A stretch of 64,000 nt of DNA from the NCBI GenBank assembly GCA_035637455.1, contig DASPXE010000227.1:12078-76077 (forward strand), written 5' to 3'. Of this stretch, positions 54,318 to 62,027 are shown one piece after another (the first letter of the stretch is position 1; the number at the start of each line of letters is the position of its first letter). A program made the translations under genes and the position numbers. Source of the DNA: Gemmatimonadales bacterium. GTDB taxonomy: Bacteria; Gemmatimonadota; Gemmatimonadetes; Gemmatimonadales; GWC2-71-9. Under the pieces are notes generated by a model. That model made no database searches, had not been told where the DNA came from, and was given only the letters and a program-made list of their open reading frames with translations.

Positions 54318-55837
54318 AGCGAGTCCCGGGGGGTGGGTTGGTCGGCGGGGCGCACGCGGCGCACCGGTCCGTCGTCGCGCTTCCCGGACGGGCGCGGCGC
54401 CCCGCGCGGCCGGTCCGCCGCGGGGGAGGCGGGCGGCGCCGCTGCCAGCGTCCCGACAGGCGGTGGATCGAGCATCGGGCCGCGCGGGCCGGGCACGGGC
54501 GGCGCGACGCGCCCGAAGAGCAGCAGCTCCGGTAGCGCCGCTCGCTCCACGCCGAGCGTCTGCGCCAGCGAATCCTCAGCCGCCGCGAACGCGGGGCTGA
54601 CGTCGCCGTGCAGCGCGAGCGTATACGGCGACACGGGGTAGCGCGCATCGAGCACGGCGATCAGCGAATCGCGCGCGTCCGGAAGCAACGCCAGGGCCGC
54701 CACCACGGCCTTGGGCGCGAACACCGAGCCGGGATGCGCTGCGGCGAAGGCGACGAACAGCCGCGCCGCCAGACGCGGTGCTCCCACGGAGTCGCGGGTC
54801 AGCTCGGCCATGCGGAATTGGCTGCCCTCCGCGACGTCCTCGGAGTCGAGCACGCGCCGTAGTAACGCCTCGAGCACGCGCGTCTCGCCGGCCGCAGCGC
54901 CCTGGCGGAGGCGGCCCAGCCGGGCCTGCACCGCGACCAGGTCTGCCATGCTGTCCGCCTGAGCGGCCAACGCCCGGAGCACGCGCACCTGCGCCTGCTG
55001 CCCCTCGAGCGAATCCGGCACGAGGCCGACGACCTGGGCATAGCGTGCCTCGGCCGCTGGGGCGCGCCCGACGGCCAACAGCCGGTCGCCATCGGCGAGC
55101 AGCAGGCGGCCGCGCGCACCCGCGGGCACCCGCGCTCGCACGAGCAGCGCGTCCAGGGTCCGACTGGCCGTGTCCGGTCCCGTCGCGCGGGCCACGTCCT
55201 CGAGCAGCGGCCCCCAATCAGCTTCGCGGAACCTGCCGCGTGCCAGCGTATCCAGCAGCGCCACCGCGTCTGGCATGCGTCCCGCCGCCAGCAGGACGCG
55301 AGCCCGTGCCGACGGCGCTGCGGCCGCCGTCGACCGGCCGTACCACTCCGCAGCGGCGGCAGCGTCGCCGGCGAGCTCGGCGGCGCGCCCCGCGAGCAAC
55401 GCGGCTTGGGAGCGCCGCCGGGCGTCGCGCGATCTCATCACCTCCACAAGCGGGCCGGCGGCCCCGCCGGGCGCGTTCGCCGCCAGGGCGCATTCGGCCA
55501 GCGCGAGCGCGGCGCGCTCGCGCAGCGCCTCCGACCGCGACGCGCGCAGGGCCGTCTCGAGCGGGGCGGTCGCACGGTCGCAGGCGCCGCTCTTAGCGAG
55601 CCCCTCCCCCTGCAGCACGAGCGCCGGCGTGGCCCAGCGGCTCCGGGGGTGGCGCGCGGCGACGGATTCGGCCTTTACCGCTGCCCGCGCCCAATAGGAG
55701 CGCGCGTCGAGCGAGCCACCCCGCTCCTCAGCCTGTTGCGCGTGCTTCGCGAGCTGCTCCGCGCTCCACATCGCGTTGTAATAGACGCATCCTGCGGCAC
55801 CGCTCAGCGCCAAGAGCAGGATCGGCGCGCGGCTCAC
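54314..55837 (-). CDS. Ala-rich helical-repeat (TPR-like) lipoprotein, function unknown
   Basis: 507 aa. Lipobox LLALSGAAGC. It has low-complexity Ala/Arg/Leu helical repeats and GTGA overlaps on both sides. Confidence 0.55.
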   Translation of the reverse strand: MSRAPILLLALSGAAGCVYYNAMWSAEQLAKHAQQAEERGGSLDARSYWARAAVKAESVAARHPRSRWATPALVLQGEGLAKSGACDRATAPLETALRASRSEALRERAALALAECALAANAPGGAAGPLVEVMRSRDARRRSQAALLAGRAAELAGDAAAAAEWYGRSTAAAAPSARARVLLAAGRMPDAVALLDTLARGRFREADWGPLLEDVARATGPDTASRTLDALLVRARVPAGARGRLLLADGDRLLAVGRAPAAEARYAQVVGLVPDSLEGQQAQVRVLRALAAQADSMADLVAVQARLGRLRQGAAAGETRVLEALLRRVLDSEDVAEGSQFRMAELTRDSVGAPRLAARLFVAFAAAHPGSVFAPKAVVAALALLPDARDSLIAVLDARYPVSPYTLALHGDVSPAFAAAEDSLAQTLGVERAALPELLLFGRVAPPVPGPRGPMLDPPPVGTLAAAPPASPAADRPRGAPRPSGKRDDGPVRRVRPADQPTPRDSL

Positions 55838-57090
55838 GTCCCGCCTTCCGGTGCCGCGACGAGCTTGTGCTCAAACTCGAGCAGATACGCCACGACGCCA
55901 TCGGCGATCGCCGAGGCGATCTTGTGCTGGCCGAGACTGGACGCGAGAAACGCTCCATCGGTGCGGTTGGTCGCGAAACCGGTCTCGACGAGGATGGCCG
56001 GGCGCCGCGCCGTGGTCAGCACCATGAAGCCCGCCTGCTGCACCCCGCGGCCTCCGCCCGGATGTACGGCGACGACTTTATCCTGCACGAGCTCCGCCAG
56101 CCGCGCCGACTCGCGCAGGTACTCGTTGAGTTGGAGGTCTTTCAAGATGAAGTCGACGGGGCCGCGCGAGCCGCCCGCGGGGGCCGTCTCGAACCGGAGT
56201 GCCTCGTTCTCCATTTTGGCGACGCGCTCCTGGTCCTCGGTCTTCGCATCGGACAAGAAGTACGTCTCTACGCCGCTGGTCCGCTCGACGTTTCTCCCGT
56301 CCGGCATGGCGTTCACGTGGACGCTGACGAAGAGGTCGCAGTCCGCATGACACAGCGCGCCGCGGTCCGCGAGATCGACCAGCGTGTCGGTCGTGCGGGT
56401 GAGCGTGGCCGGGATGCCCCGCCGCGCCAGCTCGGCGCGCAACAGCCGCGCGACCGCGAGCGTGATGTCCTTCTCAACCAGTCCCCCGGAGAAGTACCGG
56501 CCCGGATTCCCCGGGTCCGCGCCGCCGTGTCCGGGATCGATCACGACCGCGTGGTGGTGGCGCAGGCCGGTGAGCGGATGGGGCCCGAGGGCGGGCCGAC
56601 CGGCCGGCGGAGAGGCAGGGGCGGCCGGCGGGGAGGGAACGGGGGAAGCAGCCGGGGAGGCGGAGGGGACGGAGGGAGGCGCCGCGGCGACGGCTCCCGC
56701 GACCGGAAGCTCCTCCAGTCGCGTAGCCGCCGGATTCCAGTGATAGCGCGCCCCCAGCGCCCGCGGCACGCAGTCGGCGAGCCAGTGCAGCGGCAGGAAC
56801 AGTGTGTCGCGGGTCACATAGGGCTCTCCCACGAGTCCGTAAACCACGCCGCCCGCGCGCACGAACGGCGCGCCCAGCTGAAACACGAACGCCGCGCCGG
56901 CGAGCACCACTGTCGCGCGCGACCCCTCGAGCGCCACCGTGAGGCCGAGCGGTCCCCCGAGCAGCGGCGCCGCCACGGCCGCGCTGCCGCGCTCCAGCGT
57001 GATGGGAACGATCGTCTGGCCGCGCGGCGTGGCGATCACGACCGTCGGCGGCGGCGTGATCCCGAGGAGGAGGCAAGCGAGCCGGATCAT
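55834..57090 (-). CDS. N-acetylmuramoyl-L-alanine amidase (Amidase_3) with N-terminal beta domain and Pro-rich linker
   Basis: VVIDPGHGGADPGNPG...SVHVNA...GVETYF...VLVETGFATN. Confidence 0.85.
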   Translation of the reverse strand: MIRLACLLLGITPPPTVVIATPRGQTIVPITLERGSAAVAAPLLGGPLGLTVALEGSRATVVLAGAAFVFQLGAPFVRAGGVVYGLVGEPYVTRDTLFLPLHWLADCVPRALGARYHWNPAATRLEELPVAGAVAAAPPSVPSASPAASPVPSPPAAPASPPAGRPALGPHPLTGLRHHHAVVIDPGHGGADPGNPGRYFSGGLVEKDITLAVARLLRAELARRGIPATLTRTTDTLVDLADRGALCHADCDLFVSVHVNAMPDGRNVERTSGVETYFLSDAKTEDQERVAKMENEALRFETAPAGGSRGPVDFILKDLQLNEYLRESARLAELVQDKVVAVHPGGGRGVQQAGFMVLTTARRPAILVETGFATNRTDGAFLASSLGQHKIASAIADGVVAYLLEFEHKLVAAPEGGT

Positions 57091-57542
57091 CCGCGTCGGG
57101 CCCGCATATGGCGGGCGAGCTCCCGCTCTTCGGCCCTGCGCTTCAACTCCTCGCGCTTGTCGTGCAGCTGCTTCGCTTTGGCGAGCGCGATCGCAACCTT
57201 GGCGACGCCGTCCTTGAAGTACAGCTCGAGCGGGACGATGGTGAGGCCCTTACGGCTCGTGCCGCCGATCAGCTTGCGGATCTCGTGCGCGTGGAGCAGC
57301 AGCTTGCGGGAGCGGGCGGGAGGCGGGTTGTTGTAGCTCCCCGGCAAGTAGGCCGCGATCGTCAGGCCCTCGAGCCATACCTCACCGCGCTTCACGTGCG
57401 CGTAGGCCTCGCCGAGGCTCGCCTTGCCAGCCCGCAATGACTTGACCTCCGTTCCCGTAAGCACGAGGCCGGCCTCCCACGTCTCAAGGAGATGGTAGTC
57501 ATGTCGCGCCCGTGGGTTGCGGGCGATGGCGAGCTTATCCAC
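57087..57542 (-). CDS. smpB: SsrA-binding protein
   Basis: 151 aa reading IARNPRARHDYHLLETWEAGLVLTGTEVKSLR...LLLHAHEI. Confidence 0.92.
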   Translation of the reverse strand: MDKLAIARNPRARHDYHLLETWEAGLVLTGTEVKSLRAGKASLGEAYAHVKRGEVWLEGLTIAAYLPGSYNNPPPARSRKLLLHAHEIRKLIGGTSRKGLTIVPLELYFKDGVAKVAIALAKAKQLHDKREELKRRAEERELARHMRARRG

Positions 57543-57590
57543 CGGGCATGGGCAAGATAGAAACCGGGCTGAGAGCGGTCAAGCCAAGAG

Positions 57591-57620
57591 TTGACTTGAG
57601 GTTATACCGCCGTCTATATT
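57591..57620 (+). promoter_or_regulatory. sigma70-type promoter for tRNA-Leu
   Basis: TTGACT at 57591-57596, an 18-nt spacer, then TATATT at 57615-57620. It ends 17 nt before the tRNA 5' end. Confidence 0.5.
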
Positions 57621-57637
57621 CGCCGTTCCGCGCATGC

Positions 57638-57722
<85 letters not shown>

Positions 57723-57728
57723 GCGACG

Positions 57729-59192
57729 TCAGTAGCGTGGCAGCGACGAATCCACGTTCACCGCCCACGCATCGATCCCGCCGCGCAGGCTGCGCACTTT
57801 CGCAAAGCCCGCCGCCTTCAAGATCTCGAGCGCCTTGAGCGAGCGCGCGCCGTGGTGGCAGTGCGTCACGACTGCACGGTGACCGTCCAGCTCTCCCAGG
57901 CGGTCCGGCAGTTCGCCCAACGGAATGAGGACAGCACCAGCGATGTGGGCGATCTCGTACTCGTGCGGCTCGCGCACGTCGATCACGAGGAGATCCGGGT
58001 TCCCTTCCCACTCCGCCTTGAGATCCTGCGCGGTGATCTCCGCTCCGTCATAGGACGGCTCGGCGCCGATCCCACAGAACGCTTCGTAGTCGATCAGCTC
58101 GGTGACGCTGGGATGGCTGCCGCACACCGGGCAGTCGGGATCCTTCTCGAGCTTGAGCTCCCGGAACTGGAGCTTCAACGCGTCGAACAGCACCAGGCGT
58201 CCGATGAGCGGCTCGCCCGCGCCGAGAATCAGCTTGATCGTCTCCATCGCCTGAAGCGACCCGATGATCCCGGGGAGCACGCCCAACACACCGCCCTCGG
58301 CGCACGAGGGCACCAGTCCCGGGGGCGGTGGCTCGGCGTACAGGCAACGGTAGCACGGGCCGGCTTTGGCGTAGAACACCGACGCCTGTCCCTCGAATCG
58401 AAAGATCGAGCCGTACACGTTCGGCTTGCCGAGCAGCACGCAGGCGTCGTTTACGAGATAGCGGGTCGGGAAGTTGTCGGTGCCATCCGCCACGATGTCG
58501 AAATCGCGGATGATGTCGAGTGCGTTCTCCGATGTGAGGCGCGTCTCGAAGGCCTCGACCCGGACATTCGGATTCAGGTCGCGGATGCGCTCGGTCGCCG
58601 ATTCGAGCTTCGGCTTTCCCACCGCGGCCGTACCGTGGATGATCTGCCGCTGCAGGTTCGTCTTGTCCACGACGTCGAAGTCGACGAGACCGATCGTCCC
58701 CACGCCGGCGGCTGCCAGATACAGCGCGGCCGGAGAGCCGAGCCCGCCGGCGCCCACGAGCAGCACGCGCGCGGCTTTGAGTCGCTTCTGCCCCTCTACC
58801 CCGACATCGGGAAGGATCAGGTGGCGCGAATACCGCAGAATCTCCTCGTGCGACAGGTTGGGTAGCGGCGCAGCGTGCTCCGTCCCTGCATGCACCGCCG
58901 TCGCCATCGTGCCCCCTGACCCTCCGGCGATACTCGGGATGATCGAAACAGTGTCGCCCGACCGCACCGGCGTCTCCTGGGCGGAGAGCTGGCGAATGTC
59001 CCGATCGTTCAGGTAGACGTTGACAAAGCTGCGCAACCGCCCGTCGTCGGCAAACAGGTGTTTGCGCAGTGCGCTGTGCTCGCCGGACAGCCGGTCCAGG
59101 AGCTCACCGATGCTGGCGGCCTCCACCTGCACGGCGTCGCGGCCGCCCACGTAGGGGCGCAGCGGTGTGGGGATCAAGACGGTCACTGCCAT
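57729..59192 (-). CDS. in-frame fusion of a CysO/ThiS/MoaD-type sulfur-carrier protein (aa 1-91) with a MoeZ-type adenylyltransferase/rhodanese (aa 96-487)
   Basis: MAVTVLIPTPLRPYVGGRDAVQV...FVNVYLNDRDIR...GDTVSIIPSIAGG is the carrier with its diglycine end. SGGT follows, then MATAVH...YSRHLILPDVGVEGQKRLKAARVLLVGAGGLGSP (ThiF/MoeB fold), CxxC pairs, and a C-terminal rhodanese (VVTHCHHGARS). The ATG at 59192 lies after AGGAG. Confidence 0.85.
   Translation of the reverse strand: MAVTVLIPTPLRPYVGGRDAVQVEAASIGELLDRLSGEHSALRKHLFADDGRLRSFVNVYLNDRDIRQLSAQETPVRSGDTVSIIPSIAGGSGGTMATAVHAGTEHAAPLPNLSHEEILRYSRHLILPDVGVEGQKRLKAARVLLVGAGGLGSPAALYLAAAGVGTIGLVDFDVVDKTNLQRQIIHGTAAVGKPKLESATERIRDLNPNVRVEAFETRLTSENALDIIRDFDIVADGTDNFPTRYLVNDACVLLGKPNVYGSIFRFEGQASVFYAKAGPCYRCLYAEPPPPGLVPSCAEGGVLGVLPGIIGSLQAMETIKLILGAGEPLIGRLVLFDALKLQFRELKLEKDPDCPVCGSHPSVTELIDYEAFCGIGAEPSYDGAEITAQDLKAEWEGNPDLLVIDVREPHEYEIAHIAGAVLIPLGELPDRLGELDGHRAVVTHCHHGARSLKALEILKAAGFAKVRSLRGGIDAWAVNVDSSLPRY
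58908..58919 (-). other. linker occupying the place of the expected cysO stop codon and the moeZ ribosome-binding spacer
   Basis: The minus strand reads GGA GGG TCA GGG GGC ACG ATG. TCA is one substitution from TGA. GGAGGG/AGGGGG would serve as the Shine-Dalgarno for the ATG at 58905-58907. Confidence 0.7.
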
Positions 59193-59626
59193 ACGACTTT
59201 CCGCTCCTCTATGGTGATGGACTCTTCGTCGAACGCCGCGCGATCGTCCGACAGCGTCCAGCTCTTCATTTCCGCCGCGTGCCCGCGTGTCACTCCCAGA
59301 ATCACGTACGAGAGCCACGGCCACGCGTGCTCCCGGTCGAACGTGGAGGGCACCGCCGCGTGGTCGGGGTGTGAGTGATACACCCCGATCACCTCGAGCC
59401 CGTCGCGGTCGAGCCGCTCCTGCGCGCGGCGGAACGACACGGGATCGATGAGATAGCGATTCCGCGCAGCGTCCGTCCGCTGATTCACGAGCGGCACGAG
59501 TGCTACCGCTATCTTGCGGGCGCCGTCGGCCGTGCCGCCGATCAGCCCGCACGCTTCGGCTGGATAATCGGCTTCGCCGTGCCGTCGGATCGCCGTCGCG
59601 TGCCGCAGCTCGAGGACGAGGGTCAT
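59183..59626 (-). CDS. mec: JAMM/MPN+ metalloprotease, Mec-like
   Basis: 147 aa. EACGLIGG and the JAMM motif HSHPDHAAVPS. It sits between cysM and the carrier gene. Confidence 0.85.
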   Translation of the reverse strand: MTLVLELRHATAIRRHGEADYPAEACGLIGGTADGARKIAVALVPLVNQRTDAARNRYLIDPVSFRRAQERLDRDGLEVIGVYHSHPDHAAVPSTFDREHAWPWLSYVILGVTRGHAAEMKSWTLSDDRAAFDEESITIEERKVVWQ

Positions 59627-60603
59627 GCGGCGTCTCCCGCCAGACGCCGGCGCTCGCTCAGATAACGGTACCCCGAATCGGGAGCGATGACCACGACGAC
59701 GGCGGTCGGGCGGTCAGGCGGTCGGCCGGTCAGGACGCGCTCCGCGGCCACGAGCGCGGCCCCAGTGGACCAACCCACGAAGAGGCCGGCCTCGCGCGCC
59801 AGACGGCGCACCGCTCGGTCCGCCTCCTCTGTCTCGACGAACTCCGTCAAGTCGGGCAGCATGGGATCGTAGATCCCCGGCACGATGGCGGTCTCGAGGT
59901 GCTTCAAGCCTTCGAGCCCATGGAATGGGCCATCCGGTTGCACCGCGACGAGCTCGACCCGAGGACTCAATTCCTTCAAACGCCTGCCGGTTCCCACGAG
60001 CGTGCCGGTCGTGCCCACGCCGGCGACGAAATGCGTGACCCGGCCGGCCGTTTGTCGCCAGATCTCTGCGGCGGTCGTGAGATAGTGGGCCCGAGGGTTC
60101 GCGGGGTGGTTGTATTGGTCAGCGTACCAGAATTCACTGGATCGCTCCGCCGCGAGCCGACGCGCTTCGCGGATCGCGCCGTCGGAGCCTTCGAGCGGAT
60201 CGGTGAAGACCACCTCCGCGCCGTAGGCGCCGAGCAGCGCCTGGCGCTCCGCGCTCGCGTTGCGGGGCACGCAGACCGTGACGCCGATCCCCGCGGCGGC
60301 GCCCAGCATGGCGTACGCGATCGCCGTATTGCCGCTCGACGCGTCGAGCAGCCGTTTACCCGGCAGCTCGCCCCGGGCGATCCCGTCTCGCAAGATGAAT
60401 AGCGCAGCGCGGTCCTTTACCGAGCCGCCGGGGTTGAGCCACTCGGCCTTGAGAACGACGGACGGTCGAGGGCGGTCGAGGGCGGTCGAGGGCGGTATAG
60501 GGATCAGTGGCGTGTTGCCCACCAGCCCCCACAGTGCGGGTTCGCGGCCGGCCTCGACCGCCTGCGACCGCCTTTGACCGCCCTCGACCGCCGCCGTTTT
60601 CAC
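59623..60603 (-). CDS. cysM: PLP-dependent cysteine synthase, CysM-like (sulfur-carrier dependent type inferred from context)
   Basis: GNTPL...LKAEWLNPGGSVKDR...SSGNTAIAYA...GVGTTGTLVGTG. The GTG at 60603 forms a GTGA overlap with the rhodanese gene. The upstream part of the 492-aa track ORF is rejected. Confidence 0.85.
   Translation of the reverse strand: MKTAAVEGGQRRSQAVEAGREPALWGLVGNTPLIPIPPSTALDRPRPSVVLKAEWLNPGGSVKDRAALFILRDGIARGELPGKRLLDASSGNTAIAYAMLGAAAGIGVTVCVPRNASAERQALLGAYGAEVVFTDPLEGSDGAIREARRLAAERSSEFWYADQYNHPANPRAHYLTTAAEIWRQTAGRVTHFVAGVGTTGTLVGTGRRLKELSPRVELVAVQPDGPFHGLEGLKHLETAIVPGIYDPMLPDLTEFVETEEADRAVRRLAREAGLFVGWSTGAALVAAERVLTGRPPDRPTAVVVVIAPDSGYRYLSERRRLAGDAA
60464..60592. 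repeat. inverted pair of tandem 10-nt arrays inside the 5' coding region of cysM
   Basis: Arm A, 60464-60493, is a perfect GGTCGAGGGC x3. Arm B, 60551-60590, is gcctcgaccg/cctgcgaccg/cctttgaccg/ccctcgaccg, the reverse-complement units, imperfect x4. The arms are about 57 nt apart. The conserved GNTPL motif is encoded in the loop. Confidence 0.8.
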
Positions 60604-61463
60604 TCTGCTCCCTTCGCAATGGGGGCGCCGACGAGGTTGCCCCACTCGGTCCACGACCCGTCGTAATTCCGCACCTTCTTGACGCCGAGCAGGTACTTGA
60701 GCGCGAACCAGGTATGGCTCGACCGCTCGCCGATGCGGCAGTAGGCGATGATCTCGTTCCCGCCGTCGATGGCCTTCGCCCCCTTGTACAGCTGCAGCAG
60801 CTCCTCGAACGGCTTGAAGGTGCCGTCGGGCGCCACGGCCTGGCTCCACGGGACGTTCTTCGCGCCGGGGATGTGACCGGCGCGCTGCGCCGTCTCGGTC
60901 ATGCCGGGCGGCGCGATGATTTCTCCGACGAACTCCGGCTTCGATCGGACGTCCACCAACACGGTCTTCTTGGCTTTCAGCGCCTTCTCGACGTCGGGGC
61001 GCTTGGCCCGGAGCGCGGCGTTCAGCTTCGTGGGGACCGGGTAGACCGTCGCGCGGACGCTCGTGCGCTCGGTCACGAGGGGCCGACCCTCCGCCACCCA
61101 CTTCGCCCGCCCGCCGTTCATGAGCTTCACGTTCGTGTGACCGTACAGCTGCAACAGCCAGAAGGCGAAGGCCGCGAACCAGTTGTTGTTGTCGCCGTAC
61201 AGGACGACCGTGGTCTTGGGCGTGACGCCCGCCTCGGAAAGCAGCGCGGCGAACGCCTTCTTGTCGGGGATATCACGCCGGACCCGGTCGTTCAGCTGCG
61301 ACTGCCAGTTCCAGCCGACCGCGGCCGACAGGTGTCCCGAGTCGTAGGCCGTCGTGTCCACGTCGACTTCGATCAAGCGCAACCCTGCATCGTTGCGGTG
61401 CTGAGCCACCCACTCGGTGGAAACCAGCGCATCGGGATGAGCGTACCCCACAGCGACCTCCAA
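60600..61463 (-). CDS. sseA: two-domain rhodanese sulfurtransferase (thiosulfate/3-mercaptopyruvate type)
   Basis: LVSTEWVAQH is followed by two rhodanese domains and the active-site loop YCRIGERSSH. The start is TTG at 61463 or, more likely, GTG at 61451, which lies 5 nt after GGAGG. Confidence 0.8.
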   Translation of the reverse strand: MEVAVGYAHPDALVSTEWVAQHRNDAGLRLIEVDVDTTAYDSGHLSAAVGWNWQSQLNDRVRRDIPDKKAFAALLSEAGVTPKTTVVLYGDNNNWFAAFAFWLLQLYGHTNVKLMNGGRAKWVAEGRPLVTERTSVRATVYPVPTKLNAALRAKRPDVEKALKAKKTVLVDVRSKPEFVGEIIAPPGMTETAQRAGHIPGAKNVPWSQAVAPDGTFKPFEELLQLYKGAKAIDGGNEIIAYCRIGERSSHTWFALKYLLGVKKVRNYDGSWTEWGNLVGAPIAKGAE

Positions 61464-61469
61464 TCGGTT

Positions 61470-61508
61470 AAACCCGACAGGTCGAGTCGGGTTTGATGTG
61501 AAAAAAAA
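61470..61508 (-). promoter_or_regulatory. T8 tract plus 9-bp hairpin in the Rrf2-sseA spacer (terminator or attenuator-like)
   Basis: The minus strand reads TTTTTTTT cacatc AAACCCGAC tcgacct GTCGGGTTT aaccgatt GGAGG. It is a rare AT-rich element in this GC-rich window. Confidence 0.35.
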
Positions 61509-61525
61509 CAGAAGGGACGGCGGGA

Positions 61526-61978
61526 TTAGTTCCCGGCCATGGCCCCGGCGATTTGGTACAACTCGCGCTCATCGTGCATCAGGTCCGCGAGCGAAACGCT
61601 GGCGAGCAGATCGTTGATCCGCTGCTCCAGCATCCGCCACACGGGCCGGATGCTACACGAGGCGTCCGGACTACATCGCTGGGGATCGACCGGGTGAAGA
61701 TCGCAGTTGACTTCGAAGGTGACGTGCTCCGACGCTTCGATCACGTCTTTCACCGTGATGGCCTGGGGGTGTCGCGCCAGATGGTAGCCGCCCTTGGCGC
61801 CTCGCACGGAATCCACCAAGCCGGCGCGGCGTAGGCGCAGCAGGATCTGCTCCACGTAATCGTGGGGCAGCCGCTCCTGCTCGGCGAGCTCACGCGCGGC
61901 CACCGGTCCCTGCCCGGCGCGCTTCGCAAGGTTCAGGGAGACGAGTAACCCATACTCTGCCCAGGTGGTGACGCGCAT
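61526..61978 (-). CDS. Rrf2-family transcriptional regulator with three clustered Cys (IscR/CymR/NsrR-like)
   Basis: MRVTTWAEYGLLVSLNLA...VRGAKGGYHLAR forms the winged helix-turn-helix. Cysteines lie in NCDLHPVDPQRCSPDASC. I chose the start at the Met at 61978. Confidence 0.85.
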   Translation of the reverse strand: MRVTTWAEYGLLVSLNLAKRAGQGPVAARELAEQERLPHDYVEQILLRLRRAGLVDSVRGAKGGYHLARHPQAITVKDVIEASEHVTFEVNCDLHPVDPQRCSPDASCSIRPVWRMLEQRINDLLASVSLADLMHDERELYQIAGAMAGN

Positions 61979-61984
61979 GGGGGT

Positions 61985-62014
61985 AATATAGGGCGGGAGG
62001 CCTGCCCCGCCCAA
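61985..62014 (-). promoter_or_regulatory. candidate promoter giving a leaderless Rrf2 mRNA, overlapped by a 7-bp GC hairpin
   Basis: The minus strand reads TTGGGC, an 18-nt spacer, TATATT, ACCCCC, then ATG. The hairpin GGGCGGG/CCCGCCC (61991-62012) lies in the spacer and could also terminate the upstream gene. Confidence 0.3.
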
Positions 62015-62027
62015 CCCCACCCCTTAG

